Origin: Patescibacteria group bacterium
GTDB taxonomy: Bacteria > Patescibacteriota > Dojkabacteria > JAKAPS01 > JAJZLI01
Direction: 5' to 3'
NCBI GenBank assembly: GCA_023380695.1
Contig: JAMCRT010000001.1
Location: 1 to 43,203 of the forward strand
Length of the DNA: 43,203 nt
The number at the start of each line of letters is the position of its first letter. Within the stretch, counting starts at the first letter, position 1. Below are positions 27,738 to 36,986 of the stretch, in pieces. The position numbers and the translations under genes are program-made. The notes beneath the pieces are model-generated. The model was not told where the DNA came from and ran no database searches. It saw only the letters and a list, made by a program, of their open reading frames with translations.

Positions 27738-28981
27738 AATGGAATCTGTATTTTAAATGTTGTACCCACACCTTCAATTGATATTATTTTTATATTACCC
27801 TTATGTGCCTTAATAATAATATTAGATATATAAACACTTAATTTTTTTGATTGTAATGTTTGTATAGATTTAAATATATCATCTTCTTCATCAAATATAT
27901 TTTTTATATCTTCTTTGGTCATTCCTACTCCATTATTCTTAACTTCAATTGTTAAAGTTTTCTTTAATATAAAGGAATGTACACTAACATTGGATTTTGC
28001 ATTATAAATTGCACTTTGTATTATATTTGCTATAGCAATTTTAATTTTATCAGAATCAAATATTCCCGTTTTATTTTTTTCTATGTCATTTTGATTATTG
28101 ACAGAAATTCCTCTAACCCTTCCTGTACCTTTCATTTCCATTACTATGGCATCTATAAAATCAAATATATTATTTTGTGATGGATCTATGCTAATTGAGT
28201 GATTTTGTAGTAGTACTATATTGAGCAAATCTTCAATTAAAAGTCTGAGTTTTTCTATATTCTCAGTAATAGTTTCTAAATATTCTTTTTGATCCTTGTT
28301 AATTTTTCCTGGTCTTTCATTCGTTAAAAGTTCTAAATATCCATTTATAATACTAATAGGTGTTCTGAGATTATGTGATGCTATATTTACAAATTCATTT
28401 TTAACATCATTTAATTTCTCTTCCTCTTTTGTTTTAATAATAGTGTTATATAAAACATTTTGTGTATTTTTCAGTGTTTCAGAGAGCCATCCGGTGATTA
28501 TTGCAAGTGCTAGTATTAAAAATATCTTTACTAGAAGAAAAAGAGGGTTTATGTTTGTATATATCATAAATGCAGCATATGTAAATGATGCTGTTACTCC
28601 TTCTGCGAAAGATGCATTAATTCCATATTCTATAGTATCAAATGCTATTGATAGGAATATAAAGAGATATAAATCTGTATTTAAAAGTCCAGTGAATGCA
28701 AGCAGTATAATAATCAAAGCACCATCTATTGCAGATACAATTGCTCCAACAGTATCTGCTGGGAGTTTTCCTGTTACTGAAAGTATTGTCCCTATATTTC
28801 TATAAATTTCAGATATTAAAAATATAAGGATAATAATAAATAAATCTTGATAACTTACATGAAAATATATTGCAGATAAGAATAATAAAATTTTGATTAT
28901 AATTCTTGTGAAAATTACTGATGCAACAGGTGTAGATATTGCATAATCTGCTTTAGTTATATTAAAGAATTTTTTTAACAT
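27734..28981 (-). CDS. membrane sensor histidine kinase paralogue with degenerate ATP-binding boxes
   Basis: The H-box ASHNLRTPISIINGY is intact. G1 reads NNGVGM instead of DxGxG, and the G2 position reads KKLSVY instead of GxGLGL. Confidence 0.8.
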   Translation of the reverse strand: MLKKFFNITKADYAISTPVASVIFTRIIIKILLFLSAIYFHVSYQDLFIIILIFLISEIYRNIGTILSVTGKLPADTVGAIVSAIDGALIIILLAFTGLLNTDLYLFIFLSIAFDTIEYGINASFAEGVTASFTYAAFMIYTNINPLFLLVKIFLILALAIITGWLSETLKNTQNVLYNTIIKTKEEEKLNDVKNEFVNIASHNLRTPISIINGYLELLTNERPGKINKDQKEYLETITENIEKLRLLIEDLLNIVLLQNHSISIDPSQNNIFDFIDAIVMEMKGTGRVRGISVNNQNDIEKNKTGIFDSDKIKIAIANIIQSAIYNAKSNVSVHSFILKKTLTIEVKNNGVGMTKEDIKNIFDEEDDIFKSIQTLQSKKLSVYISNIIIKAHKGNIKIISIEGVGTTFKIQIPL

Positions 28982-29025
28982 GATCTTTATTTATAAGAGT
29001 ATCTCAATTTTAAATCGAAGTAAAG

Positions 29026-30273
29026 TTAAAGACTTTCAAGTGATGATATTACATTTTGTATAGGGAATTTAATGATGACCTCTGTTCCTTTATTTTCCTC
29101 AGATTTTATATCTATTGATCCTGTTTCTAGATTAATAATTGTTTTTACCATATACAATCCTAATCCTATTCCCTCAAAATTGGACACTAAAGGATCTCCT
29201 GCCTTAATATATTGATCAAAGATATTTTTTAATTTATCTTTTGCTATTCCTATACCATAATCTTTTATTCTTATTTCTAGATTATTGATGTCAGATGATA
29301 AATGTATTTCTATTGATGAATTATTCTTAGAGTATTTAATTGCATTATCTACAATATTTTCAATGATCAGTCTAAATCGATATTGATTAGCTTCAATATC
29401 TGGAATTTGACTATGTTCTATTATTTGAATATCAATTTTTTTTGCTGTTGTCTTTTCTTTAAATGAATCTATTATATCTTTAATGATTTGTTTTGGATGA
29501 ATAGTTGTTTTCTCTTTTTCTTCTCCTATTGTAAGTATACCCAATATTTCTTCTGTTATATTTGATAATATATCAATATTTGTTTTTATTAAATCAAGAT
29601 ATTTATGCTGTACTCCTATATCAGATTCTGTTTCCATTAATTGGAAGTATCCTCTAATAGTTGCAAGTGGTGTTCTAAGATTATGTGATGCTATTGCAGT
29701 GAATGCATTTTTCAGATCTTCTACATCTTTTGATTGCATTACATCAATTTGTGAAGTTACTGTATCTTGTATTTTAAATATTTTTTTTGTAATTAAATAG
29801 TTTAAAATTCCCACAAATATTATAATGACAGATCTTATTGCATAATAATTAAAATTGCTTACAAAATAGACTGAAAGATTCAGGAAAAAATATGATATAC
29901 CTATAACAATACCTTCAATTAGTACAGATTCATAATCATACATCAATGAATTGAAGAAAAGAGATAACAGTATTAATATATATCCTCCATTTAATAACAT
30001 TTGGGAGTTATATATTATAAAAAGTATAATAAATCCTTCTATAATTGAGAGTATAGATCCTATTATGATTTTATCTTTATTATATTTATATATCAGTATT
30101 GTTCCACTGATTTTTATGAGTTCATTGAATATAATAGAGAGTATTATTAGATTTATGATGCTACCAATTATAATATTGTGTGTATAACTGAGAAATATGG
30201 GTATAAATATTAGTAGCAGAGCTATTCGTACTATATGAATAATTAATATATCTTTGGGCAATTTTAATTTCAT
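29026..30273 (-). CDS. membrane sensor histidine kinase (canonical boxes)
   Basis: H-box ASHNLRTPLATIRGY, N-box DNAIKYS, G1 DYGIGI and G2 GIGLGL. It has the same 415-aa length as its neighbour. Confidence 0.9.
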   Translation of the reverse strand: MKLKLPKDILIIHIVRIALLLIFIPIFLSYTHNIIIGSIINLIILSIIFNELIKISGTILIYKYNKDKIIIGSILSIIEGFIILFIIYNSQMLLNGGYILILLSLFFNSLMYDYESVLIEGIVIGISYFFLNLSVYFVSNFNYYAIRSVIIIFVGILNYLITKKIFKIQDTVTSQIDVMQSKDVEDLKNAFTAIASHNLRTPLATIRGYFQLMETESDIGVQHKYLDLIKTNIDILSNITEEILGILTIGEEKEKTTIHPKQIIKDIIDSFKEKTTAKKIDIQIIEHSQIPDIEANQYRFRLIIENIVDNAIKYSKNNSSIEIHLSSDINNLEIRIKDYGIGIAKDKLKNIFDQYIKAGDPLVSNFEGIGLGLYMVKTIINLETGSIDIKSEENKGTEVIIKFPIQNVISSLESL

Positions 30274-30277
30274 ATAT

Positions 30278-31378
30278 TTATTTTATCTCTTTTATAATTT
30301 TTTTTGCAGTTTTTGTCCAGCTATATTTTTCTATCAGATTCCTATTGTTTTTTATGAGTTCATCTCTTTTATCATTATTAGTATATAATAGATTTAATGC
30401 TTTTACTACTGGCATAATGCTTTTTGGATTCACAAAAATTGTCTGTGTGTCATCTAATATTTCTCTAAATACATCAATATTACTACATATTATAGGAACT
30501 CCAACATAACATGCCTCAAGTATTGGTAGACCAAATCCCTCATCAAAACTAAGAGTAACTAGAGCTATTGAATTTTTTAAAAGATATAATTTCTCCTGTT
30601 CTTTTACAATACCCAGAGGTTTAATATATTTCTTTTTTCTTTTTATAAGTGCGCTACTATTTTCTGGTACTCCTATTAGTACCAGTTCTGAGCTATTCTT
30701 AAATCTCTTTTTATATTTTATAAAGGCATTTACCAATCCTCTAATATTTTTATGTGGTTTATCATTTCCTATATATACGAAATAATCACTTTGTATATTA
30801 TAATTCTTTCTAATATCTAAGCTTTCCATATTTGATATCTTAGGCATTGTAATTCCAGCTCCTATAACTTTTATTTTTTTACTCTTGATATTTATATAAG
30901 ATAAAATATCATTCTTTGTTGCATTTGTAAGAGTAAAGATTTTTTTTGCGTGATTTATGCTCCATTTTAAATGTATTGCGTTATATAATCTGTATTTGAA
31001 GCTCACAAATTTTGGATTTTTTACTCCAATAATATCGTTAACTATTAATATATATGGCACTCCAATAAAATATACACTTCCAAATATATCTGTTATAAAC
31101 AGGTTTAATTTAAATCTCTTAAGTTCCTTTTGTAGAGTAAATTGAGATAATGGACTTTGTGTTTTTGATTTTATTGTAACTACTTTTACGTTTGTTAACT
31201 TGGAATATTTATCTTTGTATTTTCTATATACATTATTATTGTTAAATATTAAATAGTATATATTACTTTTATCTCTTTTAATTATTTCGGGGATAACAGA
31301 TTTAATATAGTTTCCTATACCGGTAGGTTTCTCTTCTATTGCTCTACAATCAATTCCTATGTATTTCATATCTTTCAA
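30278..31378 (-). CDS. GT4-family glycosyltransferase
   Basis: 366 aa with a C-terminal EGFGLPILEA motif (E-x7-E type). Confidence 0.85.
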   Translation of the reverse strand: MKDMKYIGIDCRAIEEKPTGIGNYIKSVIPEIIKRDKSNIYYLIFNNNNVYRKYKDKYSKLTNVKVVTIKSKTQSPLSQFTLQKELKRFKLNLFITDIFGSVYFIGVPYILIVNDIIGVKNPKFVSFKYRLYNAIHLKWSINHAKKIFTLTNATKNDILSYINIKSKKIKVIGAGITMPKISNMESLDIRKNYNIQSDYFVYIGNDKPHKNIRGLVNAFIKYKKRFKNSSELVLIGVPENSSALIKRKKKYIKPLGIVKEQEKLYLLKNSIALVTLSFDEGFGLPILEACYVGVPIICSNIDVFREILDDTQTIFVNPKSIMPVVKALNLLYTNNDKRDELIKNNRNLIEKYSWTKTAKKIIKEIK

Positions 31379-31415
31379 TATAATCTATAAAACATGTAAG
31401 TATATCATAAATTTG

Positions 31416-32387
31416 CTAGTTTTCGTAGTTTTTATGATAGCTATAAGCACTTGATATTATATCTGTAATACTGTATTTTGGCTCCCAGAGTAATGTATTT
31501 TTAGCTTTACTAAAATCTGCAATTAGTATACTAGGGTCTCCTTCTCTTTTATCTCCAATACTAAAATTTACTTTTTCCCCTGTTACTTTTTCAACCTCTC
31601 TGATAATTTCAAATATAGAATATCCCTTGTTTGCTCCAAGATTAAATATATTACTTTTTTTGTTGCTTATTAGATATTCAAGTGCTAATACATGAGCATT
31701 TGCAAGATCATTAACATGTATATAATCTCTTATACAAGATCCATCTTTAGTATCATATGTATTTCCATAAACTGTGAATTCATTATTGTTTAGTATACTC
31801 TTAATTATTAAAGGAATGAGATGTGTTTCTTTTTTATGTGTTTCTCCTATTTTATATTTATCTGATGCTCCTGCAGCATTAAAATATCTCAAAGATACAG
31901 ATTTAATTCTAAATATTTGATCATAAAATTTTAATATTTTCTCATATGAATATTTAGTAAATCCATATACATTTATTGGTTTTTTTATATCTCCTTCTTT
32001 TATTGGTACTCTTCTAGGATTTCCATATACCCCAGCAGATGATGAAAATACTATATTCTTTATATTATTTTCTTTCATAAAATCCAGTATATCTACTCCT
32101 GTACATATATTTGACCTTATATATAAAGAAGGATCTTTCATACTTTCTCCTACCTGTATCAATCCTGCAAAATGAATAATCCCATCAATTGATCCCTCTT
32201 TGTCAAATACATACTGAAGATTTTCTTTATTAATATCTAATCTATATAGTTTTACATCCTTGACAATATTTTTACTTCCTTGAGATAAATTGTCTACAAC
32301 TATAGGTATATATCCTCTATCTTTGAACTGTGCTGAAGTAACAGATCCTATATATCCTGCACCACCTAAAATTAAAACTTTTCTCAT
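31416..32387 (-). CDS. galE: UDP-glucose 4-epimerase / NAD-dependent sugar epimerase
   Basis: GGAGYIGS Rossmann motif, a YGFTK (YxxxK) catalytic motif, and RYFNAAG. Confidence 0.85.
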   Translation of the reverse strand: MRKVLILGGAGYIGSVTSAQFKDRGYIPIVVDNLSQGSKNIVKDVKLYRLDINKENLQYVFDKEGSIDGIIHFAGLIQVGESMKDPSLYIRSNICTGVDILDFMKENNIKNIVFSSSAGVYGNPRRVPIKEGDIKKPINVYGFTKYSYEKILKFYDQIFRIKSVSLRYFNAAGASDKYKIGETHKKETHLIPLIIKSILNNNEFTVYGNTYDTKDGSCIRDYIHVNDLANAHVLALEYLISNKKSNIFNLGANKGYSIFEIIREVEKVTGEKVNFSIGDKREGDPSILIADFSKAKNTLLWEPKYSITDIISSAYSYHKNYEN

Positions 32388-32462
32388 ATCTTTCTAATTC
32401 AACTAATTTTATTACTTTATTATGTAGGATTTATATTTTTTGTCAATCAAATTGTATGGGGC

Positions 32463-32513
32463 ACATATATCAACATCTTATATGGATATAATGCATAAGA
32501 TGTTGACATATGT
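32463..32513. promoter_or_regulatory. 19-bp-arm inverted repeat (18/19 match, 13-nt spacer), candidate operator
   Basis: ACATATATCAACATCTTAT ... ATAAGATGTTGACATATGT. The right arm overlaps the -35 box of the downstream TA promoter. Confidence 0.6.
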
Positions 32514-32531
32514 CACCAATTTTGATACAAT
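32503..32531 (+). promoter_or_regulatory. sigma70-type promoter TTGACA-17-TACAAT
   Basis: TTGACA at 32503-32508, a 17-nt spacer, and TACAAT at 32526-32531. It lies 25 nt upstream of the ATG at 32557. Confidence 0.65.
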
Positions 32532-32556
32532 TTTAGTGCTTATTTAATATGAAAGT

Positions 32557-32835
32557 ATGGATACAGATTCTAGTCAAATAAAAGTAACAATACCTAAGGT
32601 TACAAAAGGTTTATTAACTGAGAAAGCTCAGTCAATGGGTCTTAGTTTAACTAATTATGTTAAAAACCTTCTATATACAGATATAAAAGAAAGTACATAT
32701 CCTGAATATGTTGCATCTAAAATGGTTGATAAATCAGTGAAAGAGGCTATATTTCTTAGTGAAAATGGAGAATTGAAATCTTTTAGCACTATTGATGAAT
32801 TAGATAAATTGGTAGACTCAGTAGATGCAAATTAA
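32557..32835 (+). CDS. RHH-type antitoxin
   Basis: IKVTIPKVTKGLLTEKAQSMGLSLTNYVKNLL is ribbon-helix-helix-like. The gene overlaps the toxin gene by 11 nt. Confidence 0.65.
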   Translation: MDTDSSQIKVTIPKVTKGLLTEKAQSMGLSLTNYVKNLLYTDIKESTYPEYVASKMVDKSVKEAIFLSENGELKSFSTIDELDKLVDSVDAN

Positions 32836-33088
32836 AATTCAAAAATCTTGTCTTAGAAAACTGAATAAATATAAGAAGAAAGATATACATAGATATAGAA
32901 GGATATTATTAAAGATTGAATTATTTAAAACTGATATCAATAATTCATCATTAAGAGTTCATAAATTAACAGGTAAGTATGGTAATTATTGGAGTTTTTC
33001 AGTAGAAGAAGATTTAAGAATAATTTATATTTATAAAGATGAAATTACTTTTGTTGATATAGGAACTCATAATGAGGTGTATAGATGA
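32825..33088 (+). CDS. RelE/ParE-superfamily toxin (third RelE/YafQ-like copy)
   Basis: LRVHKLTGKYGNYWSFSVEEDLRIIYIYKDEITFVDIGTHNEVYR. Confidence 0.85.
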   Translation: MQIKIQKSCLRKLNKYKKKDIHRYRRILLKIELFKTDINNSSLRVHKLTGKYGNYWSFSVEEDLRIIYIYKDEITFVDIGTHNEVYR

Positions 33089-33242
33089 ATATAAAATTCT
33101 CTCAATTAAAGAATTTAAAGGAAATATTACTAATAAAACAGGTGGCGATTTGAACCCAACTGCAAATTAGTGCAAGTTCACGTATTTCCACCTTTATGAT
33201 TATATCATATGTTTTGTAACCTTTTCATCTGGATGTGGTTTT

Positions 33243-33264
33243 AGTCGGATTTCGGAACTTTAAG
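33243..33264. repeat. 22-nt repeat AGTYGGATTTCKGAACTTTAAG, copy 1
   Basis: It matches 33874-33895 at 20/22 positions and lies about 50 nt 3' of the C39-like gene. Confidence 0.8.
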
Positions 33265-33312
33265 TCTTACGATTGACCTCTTGTCGATGATGAGAATGAA
33301 GGTTATGTTAGC

Positions 33313-33717
33313 TTAAGTTGGTATTAAAGCATACATGGCTTTGCCTGGGAGTTCGGATCTGAAACCAGATTTGGCATTTTTCAATATTTTATCCTCTGGT
33401 AGATTGATCCACGGATCCATCCATTGATTATCATGGAAGACTAAGTAGTGTCCAACTGGATATGAAGAGGATCTTTCTATAAGTACTATTGAGCCATTCG
33501 AATAAATAGTCTTTCGCTTTTTGGGAACATAGTAATTTTTATAACTAAGACCGTAGCGATTCAACGCAGCTACCAGATCACTTGGACACCAACCATGTTT
33601 GACGCTATATTCTTTACCTAGAAAGATTACAGCTTGCTGGAAAGTCATATTGCAAATAAAGGCAAAGCAGGCGACGCCACAACCATAATCTAGTTCTTGG
33701 GTAATACTTTGTTTCAT
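33313..33717 (-). CDS. stand-alone peptidase C39-like (papain-fold cysteine peptidase) protein
   Basis: QELDYGCGVACFAFI gives the Q...CGxAC catalytic Cys context. The later VGHYLVF supplies a candidate His. The gene is visibly GC-richer than the flanks. Confidence 0.6.
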   Translation of the reverse strand: MKQSITQELDYGCGVACFAFICNMTFQQAVIFLGKEYSVKHGWCPSDLVAALNRYGLSYKNYYVPKKRKTIYSNGSIVLIERSSSYPVGHYLVFHDNQWMDPWINLPEDKILKNAKSGFRSELPGKAMYALIPT

Positions 33718-33765
33718 ATCGCCATTATAGATTTTATAAATATATAAACAAGCGCAAATTAATAA

Positions 33766-33779
33766 ACTTCCGAAGAAGT
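33766..33779 (-). terminator. short hairpin ACTTC-UUCG-GAAGU followed by a U-rich tract
   Basis: The minus strand reads ggACTTCttcgGAAGTttattaattt. It is a UUCG tetraloop between the hydrolase and C39-like genes. Confidence 0.35.
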
Positions 33780-33873
33780 CCTGAGTTCAAATTTTTGGTT
33801 TGGTAATGAGCATAGCCCTATTTTAGAAACTAATGAGTTACTGTGGTTGTATATTACAAATTGGCTAGTACTT

Positions 33874-33895
33874 CAGTTGGATTTCTGAACTTTAA
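33874..33895. repeat. 22-nt repeat AGTYGGATTTCKGAACTTTAAG, copy 2
   Basis: It overlaps the stop codon and the first base of the last sense codon of the hydrolase gene. Confidence 0.8.
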
Positions 33896-34557
33896 GCGAT
33901 ACCTAATTCTTTTTTAATCATGTCAAGGAGTTGATTTCTTGACTTACCTGTAAAGTTATGATCCGCTTTTAAATGATCAAATTTTATTCTGTCATCTAAC
34001 TTTGTAAAATTTGTCATCTCGACAATCTCATCATCATCAGCTTTTATAACCACTAATTCTGTATTTTGGCTAAATAAATCAAAAGCTTTTATTAGATTTA
34101 AAGAACGTATACTACTCCAGTAATCACTTGGGATTAGTGTTGTGCTACTGTCCTTACGGGGTATTCTCGATACCCCATTGAAATCAAGCTTGGCGTCTGG
34201 CCTGTCAAAAACCTTAATCATTCTTTCTGCGTTTAAACTATCAGGAGGAGCTAAGAAAATAGATTTTCGAAATTTTAAGAGGGATAAAGCTGCTACAACA
34301 CAACCCTGAGAATGAGCGATGAGATCAACTGTAGCTTTAGGGTTATTCTTTCTAACAGATCTGTAGACTTCAATTAATTTTTTAGTTTGAGTTCTTAGTG
34401 AACTAACTAACAGGGTATTATTTTTTGTGTCGATAGTGTTGTAGTCAAACATAAAGTGTTCTTCATTAGGTAGTACTTTTGCGATATCTGAAAATAAACC
34501 CCTATCATCTTTACCAACTCCAAAACCGTGAGAATAAATAATTATTTTGTTTGACAT
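33892..34557 (-). CDS. alpha/beta-fold hydrolase (esterase/lipase-like)
   Basis: IIIYSHGFGVGKDD is oxyanion-region-like, and the nucleophile elbow is AHSQG (GxSxG). Confidence 0.7.
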   Translation of the reverse strand: MSNKIIIYSHGFGVGKDDRGLFSDIAKVLPNEEHFMFDYNTIDTKNNTLLVSSLRTQTKKLIEVYRSVRKNNPKATVDLIAHSQGCVVAALSLLKFRKSIFLAPPDSLNAERMIKVFDRPDAKLDFNGVSRIPRKDSSTTLIPSDYWSSIRSLNLIKAFDLFSQNTELVVIKADDDEIVEMTNFTKLDDRIKFDHLKADHNFTGKSRNQLLDMIKKELGIA

Positions 34558-34813
34558 GCTTGTAATATATTATAAAAGATGGAAAAACTCAACTTAGTGT
34601 TTAGGTTATATACATAAATTTTACAAAAGTATAGTTTTTTCGTATAATTAAAATAGAATCAATATGAAGAGGAGCTTTTTAAGTTTATTCATAAATTTTA
34701 ATTTTTCACTACCGATTTTCTTTAGTAATGAGCTATAAACTTTTTCATTTAGTATAATGGGCCTATTCAAGTAAGTGTTTTAATTCAAACGTTAAACATA
34801 TATAATAATTACT

Positions 34814-35920
34814 ATGAAATATGCTTTAGTACATGATGATTTATTTCAAAGGGGAGGTGCTGAAAATGTAGTATTTTCCTTTATTGATATATTAAAAAAT
34901 CCATCTTTATTTACATCAATTGTAGATAAAAAGAAGTTTGCAGATATAGATAATCTATATACCTCTTTTATGCAAAAAATACCTTTTAAAAATGAATTGT
35001 ATAAAAAAATGTTTTTTTTGTATCCCCTTGCTTTTGAATCATTTAATTTTGACAATTTTGATATTGTAGTATCTTCATCCACAAGATTTGCACATGGTAT
35101 TATTACTCCACCCTCTACAATGCATATATGTTACATGCATTCTCCTTCTAGGTATATATGGGATATGGACTATATAAAGATGCAAAAATTATCTAAAGTA
35201 CAAAAATTAGTAATTCCATTTATAGTATCATATCTAAGATTGTGGGATAGTGTAGCATCCAGTAGGGTAGATTTCTTTATAGCAAATTCCAGTTATACTA
35301 AAGATAGAATACAGAAGTTTTACAAAAGAGATAGCACTGTAATTCATCCTCCCGTTAACACTGCACATTTTGAAAAGGTAAAAAGTATAGGAAATGACAA
35401 TTTTTTATATGTAGGAAGACTTGCAGAATGGAAAAGATTAGATATTGTTATTAAAGCTTTTAATCAGTTAAAAAAGCCTTTACATATTGTAGGGACTGGT
35501 GATAAAAAATATGTGAAAAAACTCAGAAGTATTGCAAATAAAAATATAGAATTTCTATCATTTCTAACAGATGATAAATTACTCGGAGAGTATGCAGGGT
35601 GCAGAGCATTAATATTTCCATCAAAAGAAGATTTTGGAATTGCTCCTATTGAAGCTTTAGCTTGTGGAAAACCAGTGGTAGCATTTGGAGTAGGAGGGGT
35701 ACTAGATTATATGGTAGATGGCAGTACTGGGATACTATTTAAAAAACAAACTGTATCTTCACTGAAAGAGTCCATTGAAAGATTTGATGCAATGAGATTT
35801 GACGGCGATAAATTAAGAAGTATAGCATCCAAGTTTTCTGCCGATAAATTCAGAGAAAACATTGAGAATTTTATAGAAATATCATATGAAAAATACAAAA
35901 AAAATAGCTATAGTCACTGA
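34814..35920 (+). CDS. GT4-family glycosyltransferase
   Basis: N-terminal GGAENV and C-terminal EDFGIAPIEALACGKPVVA. Confidence 0.85.
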   Translation: MKYALVHDDLFQRGGAENVVFSFIDILKNPSLFTSIVDKKKFADIDNLYTSFMQKIPFKNELYKKMFFLYPLAFESFNFDNFDIVVSSSTRFAHGIITPPSTMHICYMHSPSRYIWDMDYIKMQKLSKVQKLVIPFIVSYLRLWDSVASSRVDFFIANSSYTKDRIQKFYKRDSTVIHPPVNTAHFEKVKSIGNDNFLYVGRLAEWKRLDIVIKAFNQLKKPLHIVGTGDKKYVKKLRSIANKNIEFLSFLTDDKLLGEYAGCRALIFPSKEDFGIAPIEALACGKPVVAFGVGGVLDYMVDGSTGILFKKQTVSSLKESIERFDAMRFDGDKLRSIASKFSADKFRENIENFIEISYEKYKKNSYSH

Positions 35921-36986
35921 TTATCTAAATGTTTTTGGAGGTGCTGAACGTATGCTTTTAGGTATTATGGAAGCATTCCCTGATGCTACTATTTTTACTT
36001 CATTCTACAGAGAAGAGACTATGCTAAAATATTTTTCCCAATTTAGAGTAGTAGAGAGTAAATATTCTTATTTTTTTAAAAGATTTGGTAAATTTAGTAC
36101 AATACTTTATCCCATAGCTTTTGAATCATTTAACTTTGAAGATTTTGATATTGTAATATCTTTGAGTTCTGCTTTTGCAAAATGCATTATAGTTCCAGAA
36201 AATGTAGTTCATATAGCATATATACTTACTCCTCCAAGATTTCTATATAATATGAATACTGCAACACAAGATAAATTTAAAAAATTAAAAATTCCCTTTT
36301 TAGTATTGAATAATTTTTTGAGATTGAAGGATTTTGAGGGAATAAACAGAGCTGATTTTGTGTTATCAATATCATTGGAAGTTCAAAAAAGAGTAAAGAA
36401 ATTTTATAGAAGAGAATCTGTTGTAATATATCCTTTTGTAGATACGAATTTATTCAATGCAGACAAGACTTTTAAAGAGGAAGATTATTTTCTTGTAGTA
36501 TCAAGACTTGAAAAATATAAGAATATAGAAATGGCAATAAGAGCATGTATTAGAGCAAATGTAAAACTCAAGATTATAGGAGATGGGTCTTTTAAAAAAG
36601 AGTTATTAAAAATATCTGATTCAGGGTATATTGATTTTGTAGGAAATGTAGATGATTTATCACTTATAAAATATATAAAACAATCTATAGCATTAATATT
36701 TCCTACAAATGAAGATTTTGGGCTTACTCCTATAGAAGCTCTAGCGTGCGGGAAGAGTGTTATAGCATTAAATAAAGGTGGAGTGAAAGAGACAGTAATA
36801 AATAAAAAAACAGGCTTATTTTTTAATGGTGAGAGAGAATTAATAGATATTTTGAGAAATTTTAATAGTAAGGATTTTGATGCTATTAATTGTAGAGAAA
36901 ATGCATTACAATTCTCTAAAGATAAATTTCTTGAAAATTTAAGAGAATATGTGTTAGATAAAACTTATAAAGATCATGTTGTATAA
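35886..36986 (+). CDS. GT4-family glycosyltransferase (paralogue of the preceding gene)
   Basis: GGAERM and EDFGLTPIEALACGKSVIA. It shares the FESFNFxxFDIV block with the upstream paralogue and overlaps it by 35 nt. Confidence 0.85.
   Translation: MKNTKKIAIVTDYLNVFGGAERMLLGIMEAFPDATIFTSFYREETMLKYFSQFRVVESKYSYFFKRFGKFSTILYPIAFESFNFEDFDIVISLSSAFAKCIIVPENVVHIAYILTPPRFLYNMNTATQDKFKKLKIPFLVLNNFLRLKDFEGINRADFVLSISLEVQKRVKKFYRRESVVIYPFVDTNLFNADKTFKEEDYFLVVSRLEKYKNIEMAIRACIRANVKLKIIGDGSFKKELLKISDSGYIDFVGNVDDLSLIKYIKQSIALIFPTNEDFGLTPIEALACGKSVIALNKGGVKETVINKKTGLFFNGERELIDILRNFNSKDFDAINCRENALQFSKDKFLENLREYVLDKTYKDHVV

Noticed and set aside
25191-31145. Listed ORFs 25191..25430, 26903..27169, 27977..28180, 28296..28805, 29951..30187 and 30957..31145 (all +)
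   Set aside because: All lie antisense inside the Kef-type antiporter, mntP, the two histidine kinases and the GT4 gene. Their composition is typical of shadow frames.
33140-33191. tRNA gene or tRNA fragment on the minus strand (GGTTCAAATCG-like T-loop, GGTGG...CCACC ends)
   Set aside because: No D-arm is present. The T-stem halves are not complementary. The putative anticodon loop has a pyrimidine at position 37. It is at most a degraded fragment. A similar GAGTTCAAAT string at about 33783-33792 also fails to fold.
33089-33312. Integron-style attC site downstream of the C39-like gene (GTTGGGT resembles the GTTRRRY core)
   Set aside because: No matching inverse core (RYYYAAC) is present at the expected position. 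There is no paired imperfect inverted repeat structure and no integrase nearby. Only the 22-nt repeat is shared between the two gene ends.
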